A DNA stretch of 32,000 bases from Candidatus Nitrospira inopinata (GCF_001458695.1 NZ_LN885086.1:570001-602000); one strand, 5' to 3'. Counted from the stretch's first letter, positions 17,225-26,014 are shown. The notes: a model not told the origin generated them from the letters alone. Numbers and translations: made by a program.

Positions 17225-18145
17225 TCACACACCGAGATTCTGCCGAGGATTAAACGCCAGTTCCTGCGCCATCATCCGATAGAGTTGTCGAGCACGTTCT
17301 GTGTCCGCCGGCGGCAACACCACTTCCAACATGAGATACAGATCGCCCGGCGGATCGCTGGGAATCCCACGGCCCTTGAGCCGAAGTTTCTGCCCGCTTC
17401 GCGATCCCGGCGGAATCTTGACCTCCACCACGCCGGTCGGGGTCGGCGCCTTCACGGTCGCGCCCAGCGCCGCCTCCCAAGGAGCAATCGGCAGCGTCAA
17501 CGACAGATCGTGGCCGTCCACCCTGTAGAGCGAATGGGGATCAAAATGAACCTCCAAGTACAGATCGCCGCCCGATCCCGGCGCGCCCTGGCCGGCCAGT
17601 CTGATCAGTTGGCCTTCACGGATGCCCTTGGGAATCCGGACCTTGAGCGTGTGCTCGCGGAGCGAAACTCGGCCTTGTGCGTCCAGGTCCGGAACGCGCA
17701 GCGTGATGGCGCGGGTCGCTCCATGAAAGGCGTCTTCGAGTGGAATGACGATCTTCGCGTGCCGGTCTTCTCCCCGGCCCCGCCCCGCGCCGGCGCGACG
17801 GGAAAAATTACCGAAGAGGCTGGAAAAGAAGTCGCTGAATTCGGCGGCGTCCTCCGTCGAGAATCGGCCCGGAGAAAATTCAAATCCGGCCGCCCAGTCC
17901 GGCGGCGGCGTAAATTCCTGCCCCGCCTGCCAACCGCGGCCCAGTTGATCGTAGGCGGCCCGTTTCTGCGGATCGTGCAGCACCTCGTAGGCCTCGCTGA
18001 TCTCCTTGAATCGAGCCTCCGCGCCAGGCTCTTTGTTGACGTCGGGGTGGTAGGTCCGCGCGAGCTTTCGATAGGCCTTCTTGATCTCGTCGGCCGTGGC
18101 CGTCCGCTCAACGCCGAGAATCTTGTAGTAATCCTTAAATTCCAT
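17225..18145 (-). CDS. cbpA: curved-DNA-binding DnaJ-class co-chaperone CbpA
   Basis: 306 aa. J-domain DYYKILGVERTATADEIKKAYRKLARTYHPDVN with HPD. No Zn-finger Cys repeats. C-terminal DnaJ_C beta domains. Confidence 0.9.
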   Translation of the reverse strand: MEFKDYYKILGVERTATADEIKKAYRKLARTYHPDVNKEPGAEARFKEISEAYEVLHDPQKRAAYDQLGRGWQAGQEFTPPPDWAAGFEFSPGRFSTEDAAEFSDFFSSLFGNFSRRAGAGRGRGEDRHAKIVIPLEDAFHGATRAITLRVPDLDAQGRVSLREHTLKVRIPKGIREGQLIRLAGQGAPGSGGDLYLEVHFDPHSLYRVDGHDLSLTLPIAPWEAALGATVKAPTPTGVVEVKIPPGSRSGQKLRLKGRGIPSDPPGDLYLMLEVVLPPADTERARQLYRMMAQELAFNPRQNLGV

Positions 18146-18222
18146 GACTCCCGTCGCTCCCCCGCTCGATTGTTCGCCCCATGGCTTCCGCCCGCCTTCT
18201 CGTTCGCATTATTGCTCTTGCA

Positions 18223-19893
18223 TCATTGCCATTGGGCCGCTTCCCACGTGCGGTACGACCCCGTCAAGTTCCTCGCCCGGAAACCGTGCTGACCGAGCAG
18301 GCGCGCCGCAATATACGATCGTTGTCCGGTCTGGCAATAGACGACGATGTCACGATCTCGCGGCAATTCGTCCATGCGGCTCCGCAATTCATCCAATGGA
18401 ATATGGAATGAACCGGGGATCGCCCCCCGCGCCCGCTCATCCGGCCGACGGACATCCAACACGAAGGTTGTACGGGGATCAAGCGAAGCCATCTCTCGCC
18501 ACTGTGCCACCGCCACGTCGCCCTTCACCACGTTCTGCGCCACCATCCCCGCCACATTGACCGGGTCCTTGGCTGAACCGTAGGGAGGCGCATAGGCCAA
18601 TTCCAGATCCACCAGATCGTGGACCGTCATCCCGGCTTTGAGCGCAGTCGCCAACACATCGATCCGTTTATCCACCCCTTCCCGGCCGACGGCCTGTGCG
18701 CCGAGCAGCTTCCCCGTTTCCGGCGCGAACAGAATTTTCATCGCAATCGGCTCTGCGCCCGGGTAGTAGCCCGCATGGGACCCCGGATGCAGATGAACCA
18801 CCTGGAACGGAATAGCGGCCGCACGGAGGGTCTTTTCATTGGCTCCCGTGCAGGCAGCGGTGAGGGTAAACAGCCGGAGGATGGACGTGCCAAACGTCTC
18901 AGCGTATCGAGCGGGACGGCCCAGAATGTTGTCGGCGGCGATGCGGCCTTGGCGATTGGCTGGTCCGGCCAGTGGAACCAAGGCCCATTGCCCGGTGACG
19001 CCGTCACGGACCTCGATTGCGTCGCCTACGGCCCAGATCGAGGGATCGCTGGTCCTGAGCTGTTCATCGACCCGGATACCGCCCAGCGCGCCGATTTCCA
19101 AACCGGCTTCCCTTGCCAGTGTCACCTCCGGCTTGACGCCCATGCTGAGCACGACCGTATCAGCCGGCAATCGACGCCCGTTCTTGAGGACGACAAGAGA
19201 CGATTTGGCCGGTTCTTTTTCTGAGGGGGGCTCGAACGACACGACCGGATCGTTCAGATGCAACGTGACTCCGTTCTCACGCAGCTCCCGGTGCAGCCAG
19301 GCGGCCATGTCCGGATCGAGCGGCGCCATGACTTGGGGCTGCGCTTCGACCACCGTGACCTCGTGGCCGCGTCGTCGCAATTGTTCGGCCATCTCCAGAC
19401 CGATATACCCACCCCCCACCACCACGGCCCGACAGCGACCGCACTCACTCGACCAGGCCATGATCCGTTCGACGTCGGGAATGTTCCGCAGCATGAAATG
19501 ACCGGGCCGATCAATTCCCGGAAGCGGCGGTTTGAGGGGTGACGCGCCCATGGAGAGAATCAGCGCGTCATAGGCTTCGTCATACTCCCGGCCGGTCTCC
19601 ACCTCTCGTGCACGCACGAGACGGGCCGCCCGGTCGATTCGGATCACTTCCGTCTTCACTCGCACATCCAGATTGAACCGCGCCTTGAGGCTCTCCGGTG
19701 TCTGTACCAACAAACTGTCCGGCTCGGCGATTTCGCCGCCGACGAAATAAGGGAGCCCGCAATTGGCGAACGACACGTGCGGGCCCCGCTCGAAGATGAT
19801 GATCTCGCATGCCTCGCACACCCGCCGCGCCCTGGCCGCCGCCGTGGCGCCGCCCGCGACTCCACCGATGATGATGAGGCGACGACCCATCAC
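18223..19893 (-). CDS. CoA-disulfide reductase / NADH-dependent persulfide-reductase-type flavoprotein with C-terminal rhodanese domain
   Basis: 556 aa. FAD site IIGGVAGGATAAARA. Redox Cys in SFANCGLPYF, the CoADR/Nox signature. NAD site VVGGGYIGLE. C-terminal rhodanese with active-site loop VYCQTGQRS. Confidence 0.9.
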   Translation of the reverse strand: MMGRRLIIIGGVAGGATAAARARRVCEACEIIIFERGPHVSFANCGLPYFVGGEIAEPDSLLVQTPESLKARFNLDVRVKTEVIRIDRAARLVRAREVETGREYDEAYDALILSMGASPLKPPLPGIDRPGHFMLRNIPDVERIMAWSSECGRCRAVVVGGGYIGLEMAEQLRRRGHEVTVVEAQPQVMAPLDPDMAAWLHRELRENGVTLHLNDPVVSFEPPSEKEPAKSSLVVLKNGRRLPADTVVLSMGVKPEVTLAREAGLEIGALGGIRVDEQLRTSDPSIWAVGDAIEVRDGVTGQWALVPLAGPANRQGRIAADNILGRPARYAETFGTSILRLFTLTAACTGANEKTLRAAAIPFQVVHLHPGSHAGYYPGAEPIAMKILFAPETGKLLGAQAVGREGVDKRIDVLATALKAGMTVHDLVDLELAYAPPYGSAKDPVNVAGMVAQNVVKGDVAVAQWREMASLDPRTTFVLDVRRPDERARGAIPGSFHIPLDELRSRMDELPRDRDIVVYCQTGQRSYIAARLLGQHGFRARNLTGSYRTWEAAQWQ

Positions 19894-19959
19894 TTTGCTC
19901 GCTTACACGCCCCCGGCACATAAGGCTGCCTCCGCTGCGGGCGGCCGGGTGCCGCCCAC

Positions 19960-20274
19960 CTAGCCCTCATGGCCTTTTTCCATCCTCGCTTTCATGGCCT
20001 CTCGCCCGGCCTTCACCGCCGCCTCGACGTCCGCTTTCTTTTCCGCCACGTATCGTTTGCCCCGTTCGATCATTTCATCGAGCGCGGCGCGGGCCTCTTT
20101 AGCCTTTTCAAGGATCTCTTCCTCGGTCTGTTCCGCGTAGTCTTTAATAGCCCGTCGAGTCTCCTGGCCCGACTTCGGCGTCAGTAAAATGCCGGCAACG
20201 GCTCCCACGATCGCGCCGGCGAGAAACGCGAGGGCGGTTCCCGCACCAGAATCTTCGTTGTCATAACGTGCCAT
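19960..20274 (-). CDS. YtxH-domain general-stress membrane-associated protein
   Basis: ATG 20274 after AGGAGG. LAFLAGAIVGAVAGILLTPKSGQETRRAIKDYAEQ is the YtxH signature, followed by a charged helical tail. Confidence 0.85.
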   Translation of the reverse strand: MARYDNEDSGAGTALAFLAGAIVGAVAGILLTPKSGQETRRAIKDYAEQTEEEILEKAKEARAALDEMIERGKRYVAEKKADVEAAVKAGREAMKARMEKGHEG

Positions 20275-20356
20275 GGCAATCCTCCTGGTTGAAAGCCCAT
20301 CGACTCGCACCACGACGCTGTGTCCGCGCCGTGCTTGATCGGCCCTATTGACGCAG

Positions 20357-20385
20357 ATTTAACCGTCTTCCTCAAGACCTTTCAA
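20357..20385 (-). promoter_or_regulatory. candidate sigma70-type promoter TTGAAA-N17-TTAAAT upstream of the ytxH-like gene
   Basis: On the minus strand, TTGAAA (20385-20380), a 17-nt spacer and TTAAAT (20362-20357), about 80 nt upstream of ATG 20274. By-eye match only. Confidence 0.3.
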
Positions 20386-20420
20386 CGGGAAAAGACAACC
20401 GCCTGTTACGGAACCGGCCC

Positions 20421-20786
20421 TCAGCCGATCGGATCAAACGGAGCCAAGCTCCGGATATACGACAAGATGTCCCAGATCTCTTGATCCGACAGACGATCCG
20501 CCCATCCGTGCATGGGGCTGAAAAGGACGCCGTGCTTGATCGCGAGATACAGATCCATATCCGTCTTGATTCGTGACTTGGCCGACCGGAAATTCGCCGG
20601 AGGCACGATCAGATCTTTGATGTCGGGCCCCAGTCCGTCACCGGCGGTTCCATGGCACCCGGCACAATGCCGTTCATAGAGCACCTTGCCTTCCTTAGGA
20701 ACACTCTGTTGAGACACTGCCGGCATCGGAGCGCTCATGAGCAAGACCATGGCAACAGTCAGAACGCCGAAGAGACGTGCCTTCAT
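20421..20786 (-). CDS. monohaem class-I c-type cytochrome
   Basis: ATG 20786. Signal peptide MKARLFGVLTVAMVLLMSAP. CAGCHG. PPANFRS...MH...LSDQEIWDILSYIRSL. Paralog of 9929..10288. Confidence 0.85.
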   Translation of the reverse strand: MKARLFGVLTVAMVLLMSAPMPAVSQQSVPKEGKVLYERHCAGCHGTAGDGLGPDIKDLIVPPANFRSAKSRIKTDMDLYLAIKHGVLFSPMHGWADRLSDQEIWDILSYIRSLAPFDPIG

Positions 20787-20878
20787 GCCTATCCTCTCTT
20801 TTTGAATGACCAAATGGCCAACTATAGCTCAGAAACTGGTTCTCAGGCCCTCAGGATCATCCATCGGTGCCATTGATC

Positions 20879-21484
20879 CTACCGTTCGGCGCCCAGCGGC
20901 CGTTTGATGCTCACCGCTCCCCGCAGATCGCCGGCCTGGTACCCTGTCGCTTGATCAAAGGGATATTGCGCCTTCAGCACCGTTGTTATCTCTTCCGGCA
21001 TCCGGTCGCTTGGCCCATGGCAAAGAAGACAATGGGGCTGCACCACGATCGGTTTCATAAACCGGTAGTACCGCCCGTTCGGTTCTATAACAATCTCACT
21101 GTGCGTCATTCCCATCAGATCCTCTCCCTTGGCCGCTCGCTCGGCAAATGTGGCCAGGACCTGCTGCTCCCAGACATCGGGCATGCCGAGCAGAGGATTG
21201 CGCACCCTCGTGCCCACTCTTGTCACCCGCCAGCCCTGTTCCCGCGACAATCGGCCGGCAAGTTCCGGCGCAAGATCGGCGCAGACCTTCACGACCTCCG
21301 TCGGACCTCCCTTGGCCATCTCCCTCCTCATAGCCTCGCCGAACTGCCTGATCAACGTAGTCGCCACCTCCGAAGCGGCCTTGTCGTATTCCGCGAGCTC
21401 AGCAGCTTGGCCCGTGAGGGGCGACACCGCCAACAAAGCGAAACCAGCCACCAGAAGTGTTCCTGCTCTTTCTCGTCTAATCAT
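20879..21484 (-). CDS. DUF3365 (Tll0287-like) periplasmic haem-c PAS-like domain protein
   Basis: ATG 21484 after AGGAGGGAGG. Signal peptide. RREMAKGGPTEVVKVCADLAPELA..., single CLLCHG, and C-terminal YQAGDLRGAVSI, as in DUF3365. Confidence 0.8.
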   Translation of the reverse strand: MIRRERAGTLLVAGFALLAVSPLTGQAAELAEYDKAASEVATTLIRQFGEAMRREMAKGGPTEVVKVCADLAPELAGRLSREQGWRVTRVGTRVRNPLLGMPDVWEQQVLATFAERAAKGEDLMGMTHSEIVIEPNGRYYRFMKPIVVQPHCLLCHGPSDRMPEEITTVLKAQYPFDQATGYQAGDLRGAVSIKRPLGAER

Positions 21485-21521
21485 CCCGCCCCCTCCCTCC
21501 TGAACCACCCCACCATCTCTC

Positions 21522-22301
21522 TCAATGTTCGTGCGTGGCTCCTCCGGTGGTCACGTCTCCCTCATGGTCATCGTTCCCATGCCCTTCCTGATGACCGGCG
21601 CCTGTTCCTCCATGACTTCCCTGTCCCATACTTCCATGCTCCATGCCACCCATCCCAGACTGGTGGCTGCCACCGGACTGGCCACCGTGTCCGCCATGGC
21701 CGCCTCCGCTCATTCCGCCTCCACCCATCCCACCACCCATGCCGCCGCGCCCTCGTCCTCCCATGCCGCCCATCATGCCGCCGCCACCCATGCCGCCGCC
21801 CATTCCTCCTCCACGCTGTCTCTTGCTTTCTCTTTTCATCTGCTCACGATGGGCGCGGTCCTTTTCCCGCTGATCGGGCGTCAACAGAACCTTGGCGCTC
21901 TGCTGAGCCTTGATCGCTGAAAAGAGCAAGGCTCCCTCCGATCGTTTCAGTTGCTCGATCTTTGCCTGAATCTCGGCGAGGTCGGTCTTTTCATCCTCGA
22001 GCAGCGCGTCCAGCTCAAGTTTGGCGATTTTTCGGTCGGCCTCCAATCGCGCCTCCGTCCGTTTGTAATCCAACTGAAGGGTCTTGAGCTTGGCGATTTG
22101 CTCGGCCGTGAGCCCGAACTCCTTGGCATGTTTCAACAGATGGGTAATGTAGTGTCCACTGTGGTCTGCCTGCTCCTCGGGATCGTGGCCTCCATGCCCC
22201 ATCTGCCCATGCCCCTGATCGGCCAACGCCGGCGATCCAGTCAGGCTCACGATCAAGAGGACGCTCGCCGCTTTTTGCCATGCTTTCCTCATCGATTGCA
22301 T
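21522..22301 (-). CDS. Spy/CpxP/ZraP-family periplasmic protein with His-rich N-terminus and long Gly/Met/His-rich C-terminal tail
   Basis: Signal peptide. HGQMGHGGHDPEEQADHSGH. The LTAEQIAKLKTLQLDY...LTPDQREK (LTxxQ) repeats define the Spy/CpxP/ZraP fold. The tail is RGGGMGGGMGGGGMMGGMGGRGRGGMGGGMGGGGMSGGGHGGHGG...HEGDVTTGGATHEH. Confidence 0.75.
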   Translation of the reverse strand: MQSMRKAWQKAASVLLIVSLTGSPALADQGHGQMGHGGHDPEEQADHSGHYITHLLKHAKEFGLTAEQIAKLKTLQLDYKRTEARLEADRKIAKLELDALLEDEKTDLAEIQAKIEQLKRSEGALLFSAIKAQQSAKVLLTPDQREKDRAHREQMKRESKRQRGGGMGGGMGGGGMMGGMGGRGRGGMGGGMGGGGMSGGGHGGHGGQSGGSHQSGMGGMEHGSMGQGSHGGTGAGHQEGHGNDDHEGDVTTGGATHEH

Positions 22302-22676
22302 CGTCGTTCCCTCCCTCTTGAGCTATCGGAGTGGTACGGAACCTACCAGCCTTCTCTTCCCAATAAGAGCGTTTTCGATCACATTGGATTCAACCTCGGA
22401 GTTGCGATTCCGGTGCCGCGGAGATGATCTCATGCTTTCCATTGAACGACCGTGAAACACAAAGCAGGAAGACGATCAAGCCAAGAGGAGTGTCGAGGGG
22501 GCGTCTGAATGAAGAGAAGCCTGTGGCGCAGGAATACTCAGCCCACGTGAGTCTCGTGTGGAAAAACGCACCAGCGAAAGCAGTGAAATCAGTCCGGTCT
22601 ATCGCCCCGTGATCGAGCCGAGAGAGGCCGACAGAAGACTCCCTTCCTTTCAAGGGCTCGTCGCTCACTGACGATC

Positions 22677-23115
22677 ATGTTTCCCGCACAGTTTCGCCAA
22701 GACGGCGAGAATCTCGGCCGTGCGCGGCAAGGACGGCTCGCAGAGTTGGGCGAGCCCCGACGACCAGTCATGGATCTGAAGGCCGAGCGTTTTCGTCTGG
22801 AACGCGAGTTCGCCAAGATGCGGAGGGAGCGCGCCATCGTAAAAAGCCACCGCGTACTTTGCGAAGGCGCGGCTGCTCAGTACGCCCTGATGACGACGCT
22901 GCACCACCAGTAGTCGCTGGCCTCCGGTGTCGAGCCCACGAGATGTCCCGCAGTGGACACCATGCCTGATGCACCGCCGGCCCTCGAAGCGCCCCCAGGA
23001 GAACGCACGGTTGGAAACAGCACATACGTGCCGACTGCGGAAGGCTGGTTGTCTCTCGCCAGCATCAAGGATCGTTCACTTGCAAGGTGGTCGACCACGC
23101 GATGGCGGAACTGTT
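22677..23115 (+). pseudogene. degraded IS3-family transposase relic (OrfA C-terminus plus start of the OrfB DDE domain)
   Basis: DLKAERFRLEREFAKMRRERAIVKSHRVLCEGAA compares with ELxRLRxExxxLRxERDILKKAxAYFAxE. After a stop and frame change, NSTYVPTAEGWLSLASIKDRSLARWS compares with DITYIxTxEGWLYLAxVxDLxSRxIVGWS. It is truncated after about 23115. Confidence 0.6.
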
Positions 23116-23165
23116 TCATTCCTTCTCTGGTATCAAAAAAGCAACCGCTTCTCTCCCCTTCCCTC

Positions 23166-23546
23166 TTACTCGCTCTTCCTTCCTACGGGCTCCTTCAACG
23201 TTTCTTCCCATGTAGGCATTGCCGATGATGGAACGCCATTGAGAGCGCCATTGAGATGGAGATCATATTTCCTTCCGTTCGTTGCTGTTTCCGTTACCGA
23301 CCGCTTGGAGGCACGTCGCTGACGGATGGTCTCCCCTCCCGGGACGACCGACGGCTCCTGTCGAGGTGGAGCACTTCTCTGCTCGATATCCTGCAGTCTG
23401 CTCCATATGGCGTAAGGAGTGGCGACGACACACGCTACAAGAACGGGGACCAGATACTGATTCCAGGCAACAGCCGCGACAACCAACACGATGGCCAGCA
23501 CGTACTGGATGATTTCCAACAGCCCGATTCGTTGACTTTGACTCAT
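23166..23546 (-). CDS. hypothetical small membrane protein (2 predicted TM helices, charged tail)
   Basis: The ORF is open from 23552. The second ATG (23546) has GGAGG at a suitable 7-nt spacing. IGLLEIIQYVLAIVLVVAAVAW and LVPVLVACVVATPYAIW are hydrophobic segments. No recognisable family. Confidence 0.4.
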   Translation of the reverse strand: MSQSQRIGLLEIIQYVLAIVLVVAAVAWNQYLVPVLVACVVATPYAIWSRLQDIEQRSAPPRQEPSVVPGGETIRQRRASKRSVTETATNGRKYDLHLNGALNGVPSSAMPTWEETLKEPVGRKSE

Positions 23547-24248
23547 CGACATGCCTCCAGACCTTTACATTTATGGGCTCTCTCATCTCAGGTCTCCGTG
23601 ATCCCCTCTGCGAACCACACCACAAACGACAAGCCCCGACTCATCTTTTTTCCGGCCTTTCTTGGTTTCCTTCTTTCCTCCTTCCTGATCCCTCGGCTGC
23701 AAATATCTGCTTCCTTCGACGTCCTATTGGTGGCTTGCGAAAGCCGACGACACAGCAAGATCGACGTCACGCCCTGTTGAGACGGAGCCGATGGCAATGA
23801 CAACCCAGACAGCCGAGGCAATGGTCGTATTTCTTCTCCAAAACATCCCGAACATCCTGCTCCCCCTGAGTTTTTTCGAACTCCCTAATAGAGCCCTTTG
23901 GAGGAAAATGCATGTTCGGTGCCGCAAGAAACCTCCGAACAAGTCTCGTCGCCACTCTGAATTTCTCAAATTAAAGAACTGCACTGCCATTTCGCGAGAG
24001 CCGCGAATCGTCATCACATCCCCTTACATCCCCACAACTTACACACACGACCTCGTAAGGATCAGGATTGCGCGTGCGTCCGTATGGGCTGCAGCAGAAT
24101 CGTTGGATCGCGCGTATACGCACGAACGACGGGTCGTCAAACAACTGTGTGGCGGGATTGTTGAGGCATGTTTGTCAGCGGATCAATTTTAACATCGGCC
24201 CTTGCTACTGACATGGAGCAGGCCGAGTCAGGCGACCATTAACTCCCG

Positions 24249-24785
24249 TCACTCATCTGCGGAGTCTTCTTGATCGTGAGGGCTTTCGGCTTGATGCCGA
24301 GGGCCCATTCTTGGCCCCATTCCCTCTCTAGGCCCCATGCCTCGACGGCCGTGTCTCTGGGCGAAGGTCCGTTCATACTGAATCACACTCCAAATCTCTT
24401 CGTCGGACAGCATGGTGCCGAATCCGACCATGGCCGTGCCGGGCGAACCGTGTTTGATCACCCAAAAAATCTCTCCCTCCGTGCGGTGTCGCCAAAATCC
24501 ATGGTGCCGGAAGTTCCTGGGCGGAGGGTTCAACTGAGCCGCCGCCGGGCCATTGCCATTCCCATCCACGCCGTGACAATTGAGACAGGTGCCCTTGCCG
24601 TGATAAATCGCCTTGCCTTGCTCGATGACCTCGGGAGAAAAGGGCACCGGGCTTTTGAGCGCCCGTGCCTCGGCCAGTTTATCGGGCGGTACTCTCGGCC
24701 GCATCAGGTGCCGTTCGGCGTCTGCCGGAGACGACGAAAGGGCGACCGTCGCCGCCAACAATAAGAAGCATGTTCCTTGTCTCAT
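24249..24785 (-). CDS. monohaem class-I c-type cytochrome with Met/Gly/Pro-repeat C-terminal tail
   Basis: ATG 24785 overlaps the upstream stop (ATGA). Signal peptide MRQGTCFLLLAATVALSSSPADA. CLNCHG. PPPRNF...IFWVIKHGSPGTAM...LSDEEIWSVIQY. Tail RGMGPREGMGPRMGPR. Confidence 0.85.
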   Translation of the reverse strand: MRQGTCFLLLAATVALSSSPADAERHLMRPRVPPDKLAEARALKSPVPFSPEVIEQGKAIYHGKGTCLNCHGVDGNGNGPAAAQLNPPPRNFRHHGFWRHRTEGEIFWVIKHGSPGTAMVGFGTMLSDEEIWSVIQYERTFAQRHGRRGMGPREGMGPRMGPRHQAESPHDQEDSADE

Positions 24786-25264
24786 GGTTCGGTCGCCTGT
24801 CCGTCCATTGCGAACGACCGCACGTAGCGTAGCACCAGCCACGCTTCTTCTTCCGTCAAAATGAGCGGAACAAAGGGAGCCATCGCCGTGCCCTTGCTGC
24901 CGTTCTTCAAAATCCAGAACAGCTCTCCATCGGTCCTGGCGGCCTGCCACTCCTTATCGGTGAAATCGCGAGGCAACGGCCCCCTCACCGTCCCCGGTTC
25001 GATGTCGCTGCCCAATCCTTTGCCGTCTTTTCCATGGCAGGTCACGCAGAATGCTTTTCCATGAAATAATTGCTTGCCCTTTTCGATCACCTCTTTGGTC
25101 GCCGGAAACGGATTGGTCCACGTTTTGACTTCCTCGATCTGATCCGCCGGCACCCGAGGCCTCAACACTGCTTTGTCCGCGCCAAAGGCTTGAAGGCTGG
25201 TCATTCCTATTGTCATCGCGCCGACCGTCATCACGAGCACCGTCGCCGAAAGATGGACGTTCAT
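24782..25264 (-). CDS. monohaem class-I c-type cytochrome (tandem paralog)
   Basis: ATG 25264. Signal peptide. CVTCHG. LPRDF...LFWILKNGSKGTAM...LTEEEAWLVLRYVRSF. Collinear with 24249..24785. Confidence 0.85.
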   Translation of the reverse strand: MNVHLSATVLVMTVGAMTIGMTSLQAFGADKAVLRPRVPADQIEEVKTWTNPFPATKEVIEKGKQLFHGKAFCVTCHGKDGKGLGSDIEPGTVRGPLPRDFTDKEWQAARTDGELFWILKNGSKGTAMAPFVPLILTEEEAWLVLRYVRSFAMDGQATEP

Positions 25265-25356
25265 TTCTCTTGCCTCTTCACACGCTCTCTCATGACCACC
25301 TGCAGAGGAGGACCGGCCTCCCGTTTCCGGCAAGCCGGTCCACCAGACCGGCCTCC

Positions 25357-25878
25357 TTACTTGTCCGCGTAGCCGGGGAACTTGTGTCCGAGCGACTGAG
25401 GATAGGTCACGGTGCCATCCGGAAATTCCTGGCCATGTTGCCAGAGGTGATAAATCACCCCATCCGTCTGGGCCGCAGCCTCCGCCACCTTGGCGGCCTG
25501 GTCATCGGGCATATCCAGGACTTTCACGCGGCCCGTCGCAATCTCGACCTTGTGATCGTGAAAATAGCGATGCCAATGGATGGCGGGCAATTTTCTCGTG
25601 AGATCCTTGGCGACAAAATATTCGACACCGACGAGCGGCGCCTTGGGATCGGTGGATTCGAACAGGAGACACTGAAGAATCTTGTCGGAAATGCCCTTGC
25701 AGTAATGGTGGAACGGCCCGCCCGGCGTCCCATCCGGCATCATATGCGGCGCCTGAACGTGAATCTCGTACCCCATCGCCGGACTGGCCGGCTCCCCACC
25801 GATAGCCATCGGCGGCATGGCCCCGATAGATCCCATGGCAACCATTGCAACAGCGGTGACGAACCCCTTTCTTATCAT
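25357..25878 (-). CDS. DUF1264 (OBAP-like) domain protein, exported
   Basis: ATG 25878 after GGAAGGGGG. Signal-like N-terminus. FHHYCKGISDKILQCLLFES...PLVGVEYFV...HWHRYFHDHKVEIATGR resembles the DUF1264 family. Confidence 0.7.
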   Translation of the reverse strand: MIRKGFVTAVAMVAMGSIGAMPPMAIGGEPASPAMGYEIHVQAPHMMPDGTPGGPFHHYCKGISDKILQCLLFESTDPKAPLVGVEYFVAKDLTRKLPAIHWHRYFHDHKVEIATGRVKVLDMPDDQAAKVAEAAAQTDGVIYHLWQHGQEFPDGTVTYPQSLGHKFPGYADK

Positions 25879-26014
25879 AACAGCCCCCTTCCTTTGTTTG
25901 CGGCATCCCGGCCCGGCCCATCCGGACTGAGAAACAGTTCCGCCTGTGACTGACCGTTGGAGACCGACAGGCTCAAAAGGATTCACTCGGGGGGCATTGC
26001 TCAACACGCCTCTG

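Noticed and set aside
20824-20831. tRNA D-loop-like TAGCTCAG in the spacer after the DUF3365 gene
   Set aside because: No acceptor stem, anticodon arm or GTTCGAATC-type T-loop can be built around it.
22333-22349. Sigma54-like element (minus strand TGGTAG-N5-GTACC) upstream of the ZraP-like gene; E. coli zraP is sigma54-dependent
   Set aside because: The -12 element reads GTAC instead of TTGC (two mismatches in the most conserved positions), and no enhancer-binding protein gene is nearby.
1290-23115. Idea that the two IS3-type relics bound a 21-kb composite transposon or island
   Set aside because: The relics belong to different IS3 subgroups by their OrfA tails (DVLAKSW type versus ERAIVKS/ILKKA type). 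Both are truncated, no matching terminal repeats were seen, and the interior shows no obvious compositional break.
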